A stretch of DNA of 64,000 nt from the NCBI GenBank assembly GCA_964188305.1, contig OZ076887.1; one strand, given 5' to 3'. The stretch is from Podarcis bocagei (taxonomy: Eukaryota). The notes beneath the pieces were generated by a model. It saw nothing but the letters and a program-made list of their open reading frames with translations, was not told the origin of the DNA and ran no database searches. The position numbers and the translations under genes are program-made. Below, in pieces: positions 23,789 through 37,502 of the stretch (position 1 is its first letter; each line of letters opens with the position of its first letter).

Positions 23789-24673
23789 CTAGAGCAAAGG
23801 GAGGGGGGTTGGGGAGGAGAGGAAATGTCTGAGTTAGCAGGATGGAGTTACTGTGCAGCAATTAATTTTTAACTGGGTGGAAGTCGCTCTGCAATGTCAG
23901 CAGGAGAGAAGCATTTCACAGATTTGATTATATAGATGAAGAAACCACTCATGCCAGTCATATTTGACAATTATGAAAAGATTTTATCTGTGACTTAGTA
24001 AAGCACTGCACTTGCTTTCTGTTAAAACTCCCCTGTAAACATCTTGTATGACTGAGACTGGAAAGAAACTCAAAGGAAAATCTTGCCAGCCCATCGCTGC
24101 TGCAATTCATCCTCCTCTCTTTCAACACAACTGAGAGATGTGTTATGTTAAGGATGCGATGTGGTGCATTTTTCTCTCCTAATCTTGCTTTCACTCTGCT
24201 TAGGCTTATATCTGATCTTGGCAATAACATTTCCATGTCTCGTTACGTGGCAAAGGAGCCTGGATAATTTGGGCTTGCCTGTGAACTGACTTTCTGCTAG
24301 GGGTTGCACATGACTTGTGCATTTTTTCATGTTGTAAGCTGCCTTGAGCATGGTTTGAACTGTGGAAAGGTGTCATACGGATAAAATTATGTATGTTTGT
24401 AAGTATGAAGAGTTACAGGGCAATTCTAGCTATGTTACTAAGCAGTTAGTTTAATTGCTTTTGATAGGGCTCCTTGGTAAGCGTGCACAGATCTGCAGCC
24501 TAAAGCACTTTCTTAGTACCGTCCTATTGAAGGTGCTTAACTTGGCTTGGATCACAACCATTCCTAAAAAAAACCCTATCTGAACTGTAAAAACTGCTTT
24601 TGAAATTCATTTCCCCCCCAGCTGCTTGAAATGCACTTTGTAGTACAGGTATTAAGAATAGATGAACTGGTAC

Positions 24674-24823
24674 CTGTGGCCTAATATTCTGATAGGGACA
24701 GTAGCTTTGGATATACTCCTTGCAAGTCTCATCAACCAAAGGATTACCCCATTCTTCTTGTTCTTCAATGGTTAGGGGAAGATGAGGGTCCAACATTGTA
24801 TTTAAAACATCCAGGAATGGGGC
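24674..24823 (-). CDS. PREPL: PREPL coding exon
   Basis: 150 bp; [28 protein letters not shown]...[10 protein letters not shown], an oligopeptidase-B-like motif. Confidence 0.95.
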
Positions 24824-26082
24824 CTGTGAATAAAATGAATGGTTTTCTCCCACAACTTCAGAAAACTAACTATATAAAATTAAAAAATCAGATATAATAT
24901 GTAAGCCTGATGATATTTCCCAGTGTACCTAACCAGGTCCGCTAATTAGGTGGTTGTAAGAAATTAGTAGTAGACTCTTCATGCATATTAATGGTTAACA
25001 CATCTGAGGAGAAATATTTTTCCTTTGCTTACTGAATTTCATTTGCCCATTCACCCACTTTGGAGAGATCCTTGTAAGCCCATTTAAATAACGACAATGC
25101 CTGTTCCATCTTGATATAATTGTTGGAAACCACCCAACGTGGCTGGGGCAACCTAGTCAGATGGGTGGCATATAAATATATTGTTGTTGATGTTGTTGTT
25201 ATCCATAGCAAAACCAGGCCTTCATTCCATGAGATCATCAACTACCTTTGCTGCAAGATCCCCAGAGTATTCAGCAACCTGAAGGGAAAACATCTGGAAC
25301 GGACCCACCAACATTACAGGGGGAAATTGCTACAACTAGTTCAAACTTCATCATGTAATGATTTGACCATGACAAGGGTGTGCATTGCACCCCCAACCCC
25401 GCCCCAATCTGCGGTCCATTTCTCATACCACTTGGGAGTGAAAACTACACCAACAGTGTGTCCTGCCAAACATGTTGGGCTGATGACCCTTTGAGGCAAC
25501 GCCATGAAGTCCAAGGCGGCTCAGTGGCAACCTCCATATGAATACTGAAGTCCTCCAACACCACGCCAGAGGCTCCCTGGGCTAGGGATGCCACTGGACA
25601 ACAAGGTGGTTATTGGTGTGTGTGTGTGTGTGTGGGGGGGGTGTTATTGGGTTGTTGTTCTTTTTATTTTGATTATGTATTTTGTGTTTTTATATCATGA
25701 TTTTCTCCTGTGAACCGCCCTGAGACCTGCAGGTATAAGGCAGTATATAAATTTAAAAAATACATAATAAGAAGTCTGTCTCTCTGGTCCAACACCTGGT
25801 GCAGACCCTCTAAGCCAGAGATGGGGAAATTCCTTTTTGCTGCCATCTTAAACGGGGGGTGGGAAGGCTTGCAAAAGCCTCTGAGGGGACCCCCACCTCC
25901 ACTTTTAGATCAGAGTGAGGCTGGAGACTTAAAAGGGAACAGAGGGAGACTTGTAAAAGCTATTGCAAATCTTTTCTCACTTCCCTTTTAAGTCCCCTTC
26001 ACTCTGATCTTTAAGCAGGGGTAGGAGGCCTGCAAAAACCTTTGCGCTTGAGTGGAATGAAATGTAGTAGGAGCAATCTCAC

Positions 26083-26299
26083 CTGTAAAACCATAGCTCT
26101 GATAAGGTGAGGATCATTATTGTAGAGAGCTCCTGCAAGAACTCCTCCAGCACTCACACTCATCAGTGCTGTAAGCGCTGGCTGAGAATATCCCAGTTCA
26201 TGTAACAACTTTATGCAGGCCTGGAGGTCTTGAATACCATTGTGCTTCTTTGTCGTACTGCCATCTTTATGCCATCTCAGGCCTAACTCTCCTCCACCT
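26083..26299 (-). CDS. PREPL: PREPL coding exon with the nucleophile Ser
   Basis: 217 bp; [13 protein letters not shown]...[14 protein letters not shown]...AMVLQ. Confidence 0.95.
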
Positions 26300-28618
26300 C
26301 TGACAAATAAAACAACAATGAAACTACTGAGAAATGTTACACATCTCTTAAAAGACAACCATCATTTCCTAATATATATGGAAGCCTTCCTATGTCATAA
26401 ATGGGCCAATACATGTGCTTTGATGTTTTTTTAAAGCTTTCACATGTTTTTGTCAAATATTTACAGCTAAAGAAGTGATAAAACAGCTGGATTCACAGAT
26501 CCAGGCGTGAGTGCGGTCAACTTTTGCATATGAAAGGGGACAAGGCAATTTTTGCAGGTCCTTTCTTCCTCTTCCATGCCCTGAAAACCTGCTTCAGAGG
26601 ACCGGGGAACCCCTGGAAGAAAATGGGAGGTGGGGCAAAGGGCTGCAGGTGGAAACCAGCATAGGGTGCTTATTTACGCATCACTTAAAAATTGGAAGTG
26701 CCTAGCGAAAGAGAGGGTGAAAGAGGGCACTGATTTGCACAAAATGTACATATGCTAATATTTATGTATGCAAACTCAGAAATGATTACAACAATTTAAG
26801 CAGAAACACAAATAATCTCAGCAGTGTTGGGGAGTCTGTGACCTATGTGTCTCCTCAGTCTGTTGTCTAGGAGCTAACTGTTCTCCCTTCTTATTTTTTA
26901 AACATTAAACTGAACTTGGAATGGGCAGATTTTCAAACAGAAGCCTGTCCTCTGTAAAGTAAGACACCTGGTCAACCTAAATTGGCAAGCGCTGTCCCTC
27001 CCTCTTTTGTCCCTACAAGCCTTTGCTTAAAGCTTCTTTGGAAATGCAAGGACTTCCATTCAAGGGAGAGCTCAGCTGGACCCAACCCATTACATTTAGT
27101 ATTCTGAAGAAAAGTTATTTATTCATTCATTCACTTCCAGGCAATGTGAAATTCTTAAAACTGTTCTGAAAGCAAAGTATCATTTTACAGTGATTGTATT
27201 ATAATTTTGTTGCCTAAGCTACTGTATTTTAAAACTCAGCACATATTTTTCAGTACCTTAGTCAGGTTCGCTAATTAGGAAAGAGGTATAAAGTTGCTCA
27301 CATTCTTGAAACAATACAAACAAACAGCATTTATAAATTTACAGGTAAGACCTACCACCCAGAGCAGCTTTCGGATATGGAAATAAGGTTAAGATGGTAA
27401 AAAGCCTGCTTAAACATTATGTGGAAGGAGGGGAAGCAGATATGGGAGTCATTTGCACTTCTGCTGTAATTTCAGATCGGTGATCTCCAGGGGTTGTTTG
27501 GACTCACAGAGCACACAGACTGAGACCCACTAGTCCCATATCATAGCAGAAGTACAAAAAGAAGCAGCATGGCTTACTCAGGCTAGTGCCCACTTCTGAG
27601 TAACATTGGGGTCTTTTCTTTTTCTTTTGCTACTGCACAAATTCTACTTCTTTTAAAAAGGCTGCCACAGAATAAATTTCCAAATGATTTATCTTTTTTT
27701 GTCCTATTGAAACCATGGGCAGTCCAAGGCCACAATCCCAAGAACATATATAGGGAATTAAATTCCACTGAAACAAACTGGGCTTGCTTCCATGTTGTGC
27801 TACAACAAGGGGGAGAAATCTTACTTTTTATATATTTATGTGTTATATTTGTCAATTCCATCAAAACTGAATTAAGGAGCTGGCATCTTGAGATATGCTA
27901 TGTATTTACTGTGATGTCACAAAAAACCCCAGTAATGATTTGCCTAACTACATTTTATTGTTTATTTTGTTGTTTTACAAAATCACGCAGAGAGAGAGGG
28001 AGAGAGAGAAACTATTTTCTTTTGGTTATTTTCAGCTGCTGTTATCGGTTATTTAGAACTATGTGGAACAGCTGAAAGTCCTTTATATGCTGCCACAAAA
28101 AAGACAGAAAAATTAGTTAATGGGATAGGTTTTTTAAAAATTAAGGTGACTTCTTTTGTCGGCAAATAAATCCTTCATTATTTGTTTTTAGGTGAATGTA
28201 AATCACCACAAGGCTAATGCAATATCAGAATATATTTTTATATGACATGGTGAAAGAAAAGCCTTATATAGATAGTGGAAGCTACCACAGGAATAGTATG
28301 AAAGATCTCTAAAAGGCTTTCAAAAATCCAATCAGTTTGCACTAAGCCAAAGAACTGAAACAGTTGCATTTCCATCCCTTGAATTTAACTGAATTCATCT
28401 AAGCAACAGAATTTTTAAGAAATTATGAGCAAACAGTAGGTAACATAAATTTAGGAGGAAATTGTTTGCAAATGGAATGGGAAACTTTACAGTCAAAAGG
28501 AATGGGAATGGGAAACTTTACAGTCAAAAGGAAAATTTCAAGCACTGAGAATATATCAATCACATTTTCACAAGCAACAGAAGCCACAAGACAGTGGCTT
28601 TTAGTATATAGATCTTAC

Positions 28619-28794
28619 CTAACATGACAGTATGCTAATATCCACCCATCCTTGATTAGCATTAAATTTTCTGCTTTAAAGCTCATGTTCAAATCTATGC
28701 CATAAGCTCCATATACATGAACCAGAAGTGGCATCCTGCGCAGCTCTTTAGAATTGGCTTTATGAAAAACTGTAATTGGCACGCAAGTTGCATC
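28619..28794 (-). CDS. PREPL: PREPL coding exon
   Basis: 176 bp; [12 protein letters not shown]...[18 protein letters not shown]...GWILAYCHV. Confidence 0.94.
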
Positions 28795-29682
28795 CTGAAA
28801 ATGAGGGAGTATTTTGCATTAAAGGATGTTTCAAAGTTCACAAGGAATACACAGGTACAAAAGCTTCAATTACATATTTTAAACATGTTTTTCTTATTAC
28901 AGTAATTCCTTGGCACTTTGCGCAAAAGCACTCTTGACAAATGAAACGGAGATTAGCCTGCCACTGGGTTCGTTTACCAATGTGGAGCATAAAAACTCAT
29001 TTAAATGCAACACCTGAGAAATCTATAAACCATGAAAGCAACTGGCTCCTCCTGCACCCTCTAATGATACCCATCTGCATTATGACCTGAGCAGCTTAGC
29101 ACTTAGTGCAGCAGCAAAGCTTTTGTTATAAACTTAACATTTCTATATACATATATATTTATCTTAAAGCTTGTAAGTTTGAGATGAATTTCCCCCTGTG
29201 TGACTGAAACACATATAACGCAAAGTCAGGTTATTTTACTCTCCTTTGCATTTCATAAAGATTTAACACACAGGAAAAAAATTTGTGGGAGGGGATTTTT
29301 GCGTGAACATTTTTTTCCCTGTTGCACATGTTACTTGTTTCTAGTTGTTTTTATTTGTAGTAGGAGCAGGTGATGTCAAGCTGTCCTTCTCTTCCAGCAG
29401 GATAAACCAAGTATTAATGTGATAAGAGACAACTCAGTAAGTCTTGGGTGCCATGACATTCTCTCTTGCCTAAAGAAATAACACCATTACCTTCAACATT
29501 CTCAAAAAGTAAAAACAGAAAAAAGCAAATTTAAACTTCGCGAATCTCTTTCTGCAGGGCTGAAAATAAACACTCATAGGTCTAGTGAATATGCACATCT
29601 AGAGGCCATTATATGGTGTCAATTTCTATTTTCCTTCCAGTTGCTGCTTTAAAAAGGGCAGGAAGAGAACAGAAAGTCTTAC

Positions 29683-29886
29683 CTTGCTTTTAGCTTCTAA
29701 TCGTACAGTGTGACAATTCATTGTAACTGGCACCTCTTGCTCAGTGTGCTCAATAAGGCTGTTTTTCATCAATGAATATGCAAAACGTACTGGAGGTTGA
29801 ACAGGGGAGAGGAGCCAAAAATAGAAAGTGCTGGCGGTGTACTCAGGATGAGGATCCAATTCAAATGAACAGGCCCAGGCAGGTAG
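29683..29886 (-). CDS. PREPL: PREPL coding exon
   Basis: 204 bp; LPAWACSFELDPHPEY...SPVQPPVRFAY...RLEAKSK. Confidence 0.93.
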
Positions 29887-31291
29887 CTGGGAGTAAAAAA
29901 CCACAGTCAGTTAGTAATATCCCCCTCCCCAGTCTTTGAGATTTTCTCTACATAACTGAATCCCAGGCTTCCCCTCTGATGAAAGGATTCAAACTTCAAG
30001 CTTAATTAACTTTGGCATATGTGTTTGCCAGGAGTTGCCTTCCCCCCTCTCTCTTCCTCTCCGTAAATTAAGAGGGGAAAAAAGTCAAAAGAAACAGTAT
30101 GACAATGAAGGCAACAATTTAGCTAACTTTCCCCCTTCCTTAAAAGCTGCTTAATGAGGTTCAACAATAATGCAAGAGGAAAACAGAATATTACGTTGTT
30201 TTGAAACAAAGGGAGCAAGCAAAGCAATCAAGTCACCTTTAAAAACGATAATATTGGCATTAAGAAAACACAGCCATTGTGATGCTTATGTATCTGTTTT
30301 AGGGATGTTTGTCTTACCGACCCCTGACACCCCTGTATTATTAGGAAGTTTTGAAAATCTTTCTTCTCCCTCCCTCTGTCTGCTCTCTCACTCTATCCAA
30401 CTTGAAATGCAGCCAAGTCAACGTCAGTTATTGCACTGAGGCCATGCATCGGCTTTGCAGAGCTCAGCCACTTAGAATCCTTGCCTCTGACTCTATTCCC
30501 AGCGCTAGCCACTGTGAAGAACAAAATCATTTTTTTGGCACAGCTACACTCAGAAACTCAGGGCTATTATGTTTTAAGACTTAACACTCCTAGAAATGAA
30601 AAGAATCAGGATTCATTCTCTGAGAGCAGCAGGGTCTCTTACCCACTGCTTACTTTCTTTTAAGGAGTTCTGGTTAGTAGGTTGATAAAGGCTTTGGGAA
30701 TTGTGGCAGTCAGAGTCAAAAAGCTTTACACAGAAAAACCGCACTCCGTGTAATTGATTAAAACCTGAAGAGGATCATTCTAAAAAGTCTAGAAAATCCT
30801 ACAAAATGGGTACTATATTTAACTTGAATGCTACAATTAGGAGAATGGTTGGGGAGTGTGTAAGTTTACCCTTTTATTGCAAGTATGCTAAGTGAAATTT
30901 TGAAATATTTTCAGATAACTCAGTTTTAAGGCAGGAGTTAGCCTAAGGTTTTTAAGAGACATAGCTTTTGTCCTTTGATTTATAAAGTTCAAAAGAAAGC
31001 CTGGATTGACAAAGTTATGCTTTAAGGAAGGAAATATGGTCAATTTTATCTAATAATCTTAGACAAATGAGGCTTTTTGGTTAATTAAAAGGGTTATTTA
31101 TATAGGTTACGTAAGACTATGCAGCAATTTACTATGGAAATAAATAAAGGTTCAGGTATAAGGATTCACTTTGTGTTTTATGTATGTAAGATAAACCACT
31201 AATGATTTTTCATTTATGCTACAAAACCACCCAATATTTTGTAACATTGTTTTGCTTTGAAAATAAGCATTTAGGAAATAGCTGTGCTATT

Positions 31292-31602
31292 AATACTAAT
31301 ACTAATACTACTAATAATTTATTTCTAACCCGCTCATCTGGGTAGGTTTCCCTAGCCACTATGGGCGGCTTCCAGCAAAAGATTAGCAATACATTAAAAC
31401 ATTAGTCATTAAAAATGTCCCTAAACAGGGCTGCCTTCAGATGTCTTCTAAATGTCATATAGTTGTTTATTTCTTTGACATCTGATGGGAGGGCGTTCCA
31501 CAGGGCGGGCGCCACTACCAAGAAGGCCCTCTGCCTGGTTCCCTGTAATTTCGCTTCTTGCAGCGAGGGAACCGCCAGAAGGCCCTTGGCGCTGGATCTC
31601 AG
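31292..31602 (-). mobile_element. L2-like LINE 3' fragment
   Basis: Reverse-complement homolog of 56641-56997, with a short-repeat tail. Confidence 0.7.
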
Positions 31603-32055
31603 TATTACATTTTGCTAGCTCCAAAACTGTCCCACAGAGACAAATCTGGGGGAGCAAATGATGGTGTTTACAATCAACAGCACAACTTCCTCCATTTCAT
31701 CATAAAAACAACTTCTAAAATAAAGCTTTTAAAATGATCATCTTGTTCATTAGTCAATTGGACTTTATTCCATCATTGAACCAGAATTGGGTAGCAGCCC
31801 TACAAACAAAGTAAAAAACACTTTAAAAGTGGGGGCAGGGGCTCAGGACTTTTGGGTCACCGCCTAATAAGCTGATACTATAAGCAACCACTTAACCAAG
31901 GCTAATGGCAGCACAATGTAGTTGTTATCCTATATGCTCACAGCATAAAAATCTGCAATGCAAGAGCTACAGAACAAAAGGTAATTCCATAATGCTGATA
32001 ACCATTCCCTCAGAATCCTTAGAAAGTCAGAAGTAAGTTCCATTGAGTTCAATGA

Positions 32056-32276
32056 CAAAATAAAAAAATTCCTTCCTGTAGCACCTTAAAGACCAACTAA
32101 GTTAGTTCTTGGTATAAGCTTTCGTGTGCATGCACACTTCTTCAGATACACATGCTTCTTCGTGCATGCACACGAAAGCTTATACCAAGAACTAACTTAG
32201 TTGGTCTTTAAGGTGCTACAGGAAGGAATTTTTTTATTTTGACTATGGCAGACCAACACGGCTACCCATCTGTAAC
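32056..32276. mobile_element. Penelope-like element remnant (inverted pseudo-LTR pair)
   Basis: ~80-bp perfect inverted arms at 32056-32135 and 32162-32241; 12-bp direct flank TGAGTTCAATGA at 32044-32055 and 32277-32288; contains a hammerhead core. Confidence 0.8.
32112..32149 (-). ncRNA. Minimal type-I hammerhead ribozyme motif
   Basis: GUAU-CUGAAGA-A-GUGUGCAUGCACAC-GAAA-GCU-U-AUAC: complete core, stem I GUAU/AUAC, palindromic stems II and III. Confidence 0.75.
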
Positions 32277-32761
32277 TGAGTTCAATGAGGTTTAGTTCCA
32301 GGTAAGTGGTTATACAACTGCAGTCACAATGTTTTGTTGTTGTTTCTAGATCTACTATTATCTAAAATGATACTTTCCAAAATACTCAGTTTTCCACACT
32401 ATAATCCATCACCCTTGCAGTCAGCACTATAAGGCTATATGAAACGCACAACCAGTGCTATTTTTCTAGAAAAAGAGGTGCCGGAACTCACCATGAACAC
32501 CTCCCATGTTCTCTTATAATGGCAATGGCGCCCACTTGAGAGGTGCCGGAATTCAGTTCCAGAGAGTTCCGGCTTAAAAAAACACCTTGTGTACCACTAT
32601 TTATGTTACCTTGATTATATCATAGTTTTTTGTGTATCCTTGGAGGCATCTGGATAAACCAAGTTCAAACTACAACTTGCCCTTAATTTATAAATTAATC
32701 TTGAGCAATAAAATACTAAGCTTAAAAATGTGTGGGTGGGTATATAAATCAAAACATTTAC

Positions 32762-32947
32762 CTTAACGTTGCGAACTGAGTTTGACACAAAGGAAAAAAT
32801 ATCTAAATACAGATGACCGCAGAACTTCAGAAATGCAACACAGTAGTCTTTGAACACCTCTAAGTCAATTAATCTGGTATTTTCTTTCACTGTGTAAATG
32901 GACAGCCAGTTCTCCAAACCACATGAGTCAACTGGAGCTTTCATTAG
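32762..32947 (-). CDS. PREPL: PREPL coding exon (beta-propeller)
   Basis: 186 bp; LMKAPVDSCGLENW...LIDLEVFKDYCVAFLK...SVRNVK. Confidence 0.92.
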
Positions 32948-34780
32948 CTACAAAACAAAGAAGAGTCCAAACACCTACATGTAAAAAATGGAAATTATGC
33001 AATATTCAAACATTTTCAGAAAGCTGATCTTTTCCCCAGCTTCTAATATCCTTACAGTAGCAATAGGTGACACGTTAGCAGCTTAGTGTAATGTTACCCC
33101 TGACAGGTCTGGATATTCCTGAGAGGTAGTGCTTAGTTGCTTCATGGCATCTGAACAAGTATGTTCCTTCTCGTCTTCAGATGAAATGGTAAACCTATAA
33201 TCTCTCTCCCACTGTCCTCTGTAGCAGGAGGTCATGTATATACAGTATACTGCATATGGATGTTAAATTTTGATCATTTGAGGGTAATGCAACAAAAGAA
33301 GGAATAACCAACCAAGTAACACATTTTCAGTTTCTCCTCAAATACCAGCCATAAATCACGAAAGTGCCCAGCTGAGCAATACTTTATATTTCTTTTCAAC
33401 TATTTTACAGTGTTTCCTATAAGCTTCCACATATCTCAGCAGGAAGGACAATAAAAAGATGAAATGGAGTCCACGAGGGCACCAGAGCTAAGGAGTGGAA
33501 ATGGGCAGAATTGCATTTCTAGAACAATGTATACTATGAAAGTGAATTTAATGATGGAAACTGTGATAGATCTATACTAACCCTGGAGGTTGAAAACTCT
33601 TCTGCTTTTTATGAAACAGAATAGGAAATAGTAGCAGAAGCTCCTTCAATGGAATTTCAGAGCCATCTTTCTCAAATACATAATAACAAAAATATAGAAT
33701 TTTTTCATAGGTCTGTACTTGAACTAGCACCAACCTACTGTGAGGGTGCTATTCAAGGAATGAATGGGATTGTGCAGTTTTGCTGGAGAAGGGATATCCA
33801 TTTGCTGCATTTAAAATTCAACCAACCAGTTTTTAAAGGACTAAATAAAATAAGTAAAGTGGAAGGTCTATTGAATGATGAAGCATTGCTTCACATGAAG
33901 GATATAACCTTGTTCATATTTGCCTCAGTGTGCTAAGTGACTGCTCTGCTGTCAAGAGTTATGGGGTGGGGGCAGAATGATCAGTTTCTAAATAACTAAA
34001 AACAATTAAAACCACAATAAAACCAAAATAAATTGAAAACTGGTGCAGGCACTGGTGGGAAAATGCATTATGATGCTTGTCATTATTATTACATTTTTTT
34101 CAGAGCTTGTGTTTTTGAAACACGCACATCCTAAGTGCACATTGTACTGAAAGCATCTAATTTACACTGTGTTCTTCAAAATGTATAGAAAGCATTTTTA
34201 AGTCAATCCAAAGATTGATTAATGTAACTGATCAAACATTGCACCCCTGCTTGCTTGCTTTCTCTATTACATTTCCAAGTAATGAAGAAGATAAGGGGAG
34301 GGCTGTTGGAGCAGACAAAAGCACTATCTAGTCCAGCATCCTGTCCTCACAGTGCCAACCAGATGCCGTCGAGAAATTGAGAAGCAGGATATGAGCGCAG
34401 GAATACTCTCCCCACTTGTGCTTCCCGGCAGCTGGCATTCATATGCAGTTATCACAGCTAGTAGCCACTGACAGTCTTATCCTACATGAATTTGCCCAAT
34501 CCTCTTTTAAAGCCATCCAACACGGTAAGGGAATCTACCATCTCATTATCCTTACTTCACCCTATCTTTATAATAATGGAGGTGTCTGGAACTCAACACT
34601 ACAAAATCCAGAAGTCCAGTTGGGCTCATTCAGTTTAAAGTGTATATTTCATTCCAGTGGCTGGAAGTCTCCTCTGAATGATTTTTTTTTTTTGGTCCCC
34701 CTTTTTTAGTGCATGTAAGCTGGGTGGGGGAAAGGAGGATACATGTTAGGGACCAGGCCCATGCACCTGAAAGCCATATA

Positions 34781-35009
34781 CAGTGGTACCTCGGGTTACA
34801 GACGCTTCAGGTTACAGACTCCGCTAACCCAGAAATAGTACCTCAGGTTAAGAACTTTGCTTCAGGATGAGAACAGAAATTGTGCGGCGGCGGCGGCACC
34901 CCGGCAGCGGGAGGCCCCATTAGCTAAAGTGGTGCTTCAGGTTAAGAACAGTTTCAGGTTAAGAACGGACCTCCAGAACGAATTAAGTACTTAACCTGAG
35001 GTACCACTG
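34781..35009. mobile_element. Tc1/mariner MITE, family A, second copy
   Basis: Same TIRs and TA flanks; reverse orientation of 2051-2292. Confidence 0.85.
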
Positions 35010-35326
35010 TATGGACTTTTAAAAAGTACTTAATTTTTTTTTTTTGGGGGGGGGATATTGAATAGTTTGGATCTCTTGCTACTAGATGTTTGAAGCAACC
35101 TAAACACTTACTTGCATATCAGCATCTTATACCCACTGGCGGAGGAAGCGGGATGCGGTGGGTGCGGTCTGCCCCAGGTGTCATCCCTGAGGGGGGGTGA
35201 CATCGCCCCGCCGCCCCCCCGGGATGCTTGCCCCGCCCCCGCAGGAAGCTAGCCCCCGCCCCCAAGTGCACAGCATGTGTGCTGCTCCGGGTGCTGGAGA
35301 AGCTAGCTCCGCTGCTGCCTATATAC

Positions 35327-35543
35327 CTTGTATCCCACTGGGTCTCCATATGTAGTAAGAATGTACAACTCATTGTTTCTGTGTTCAACGTGGTAAATGA
35401 CTCCTTCTGTTCGTTGTTGCACAAGAACAGGAGACTTAAAAGGGTGGTGGCAATCAACCAACCACACTTCAGAGGCATTCTTGCTGTTACTGTTTATAGT
35501 CAGAAAGCGTTTGTCTTTTGTGCAATAGAGATCCACAAAATAT
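35327..35543 (-). CDS. PREPL: PREPL coding exon (beta-propeller)
   Basis: 217 bp; YFVDLYCTKDKRFLTINSNSKNASEVWLVD...YHVEHRNNELYILT...YK. Confidence 0.94.
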
Positions 35544-37502
35544 CTGCAAGGAAACAACAAACTATTAGAAAACATCACCAGTAGAGATAGCCAAGATATT
35601 TGGATAACAGGAGTTTCCAAAAAAAAGGGGGGGGGATGCTATCCATTGCCATTTACAATAACATGAGTCTAGGGATAAAGTCTGACTCAGTAAAGCAGAT
35701 TCCTATTTGCTGATCTAGCCCACAGTGGGGCTATATTTGCCTCTTGGCAAACAATCAGTTCAGATCTCTGGCAGGAGTCCTCTGTCCCTCCCCCAGCAGT
35801 CTGCCTCGCCCACTTTTTGCTCTGGCTCCATCTCATTGGCTTAAGGGCTGCACACTTTTGGCATGCAGCCTTTGACTGATTACCCCCTAGGTAATGCTGC
35901 TTTTGACTGGAGATGCTTTGGACTGAACCTGGGACCTTTGGCTCCGGTCCTTTCCCTGTCGTGACTACAACATCATCACATTTTTGGATGTGTATAGCGA
36001 GTACCATAGCTTGGCATCTACTCCAAAATACGAAATCTTTCAAAATATTGAATCACTGTATATTACTTTCACTGAGGAACATCCATATCTAACAATACAT
36101 GAAAAGTATACTGGGTTGGATAAAGACTTAGTTGGACTTAGGTGGCAAGGAAATCAATGGGACAAATTGTCATGAATTAAGCCCACTGATTTTAGTGGGA
36201 ACTAAATCCAAATAAGAATGGATCCAACCCAATACCTATTTATCTCTGAGTGCATTCGTTTTATTCCTTACGTAACTCTGGAGTTTAATGTTCTCTTTTA
36301 GTCTGCAATTCTCACATTTTCATGTTCCATTTTTACAGGTCTGTGTTTCCTTTTAAACCATTACCTCATGTACAGTAATTTGTAGAATTTAGGCTCCACA
36401 ATCTATTTTACCACTTTCTGAAAAGGCAGAGATTGTCAGCTTCATGGAAGGAAAGGTAAAGAAAAGATTCAAGACAGAAATATTAGAACAAGAGGTTATT
36501 TAAAAAAAAAACTGCTTTCTTTCCAAAGGACTAAAAATCAGGGCACGGCCAAACTAATGCAGGACAGGACTTAGAAAGTTGTGGACCCTTTATGCATAAA
36601 ACCCAGCAAATTAGCCTCTTTGTCAACAGAACTGTAACTCTTCCAAGAAAGCTACAAGCTGATCTTTACTTCCTTTTTGTTAGGAAAAAGAAATATTTCT
36701 GCTTTTTTTAAAAAACCACAAGTATTTGATCAAAACCTGCTCTTGGTGTATACTTTCATCACACAGATAAGTGCGCCAAATCAATATGGTTTGCATTCTA
36801 AGAAATGAGAAGAATTCTATGAATGAAACAGGACTTCCCCAATTCCCTTGCAGCTGCCTCATGAAGAGCTGCTTCTGAGGATTGAGGGATGCTTGGGAAT
36901 TGTACCTAATACAGTATGGGGAGTGGGAGAGCTGCAGCTGAAGTAGGGAAGCAACCAACATCAGACCTCCATTGTATAAGCAAAAAGGCCTTTTGCTTGA
37001 GCTGTAACCTGGCTGGATCCAAGCCTATATTCATTTGCCCTGTGAGCAAATAAGAAGCAACTGGCTATGTTTTGTCTGGAGAAGAATGAGAGGACATATG
37101 ATAAAACTCTTCAAATACTTTATAACCAATTACATACAAAAGGGCAAAGATCTGCTGCCCCACTTATATACATTTTGATTTCCCAAGAGCAAGGGGGAGG
37201 GAATGAAATCTCTCCCCGCCCTGTACTCAGATGTTGAGCCATATCAGACAGCATTCAAAGCTCTTTTGACCAAGGCAGGCCGTTTTCCAAAGAGCGGAAT
37301 CAGGGTCCAAACTAAATCCTGTGGTCAGTGCACACCCCTAATATTAAGCTAGAAATGATTTTTGGGTCCATGTGCTCCTCCTTCAGACCTCCCACTGCAT
37401 ACTGACAGTAGTGTTTTGATCCTGGCTAAAGCAAACCACAGTTTCCCATTACATACAAAATGGATCACACACGAGAGAAAACTGTTCAATATATTCAGTT
37501 AC

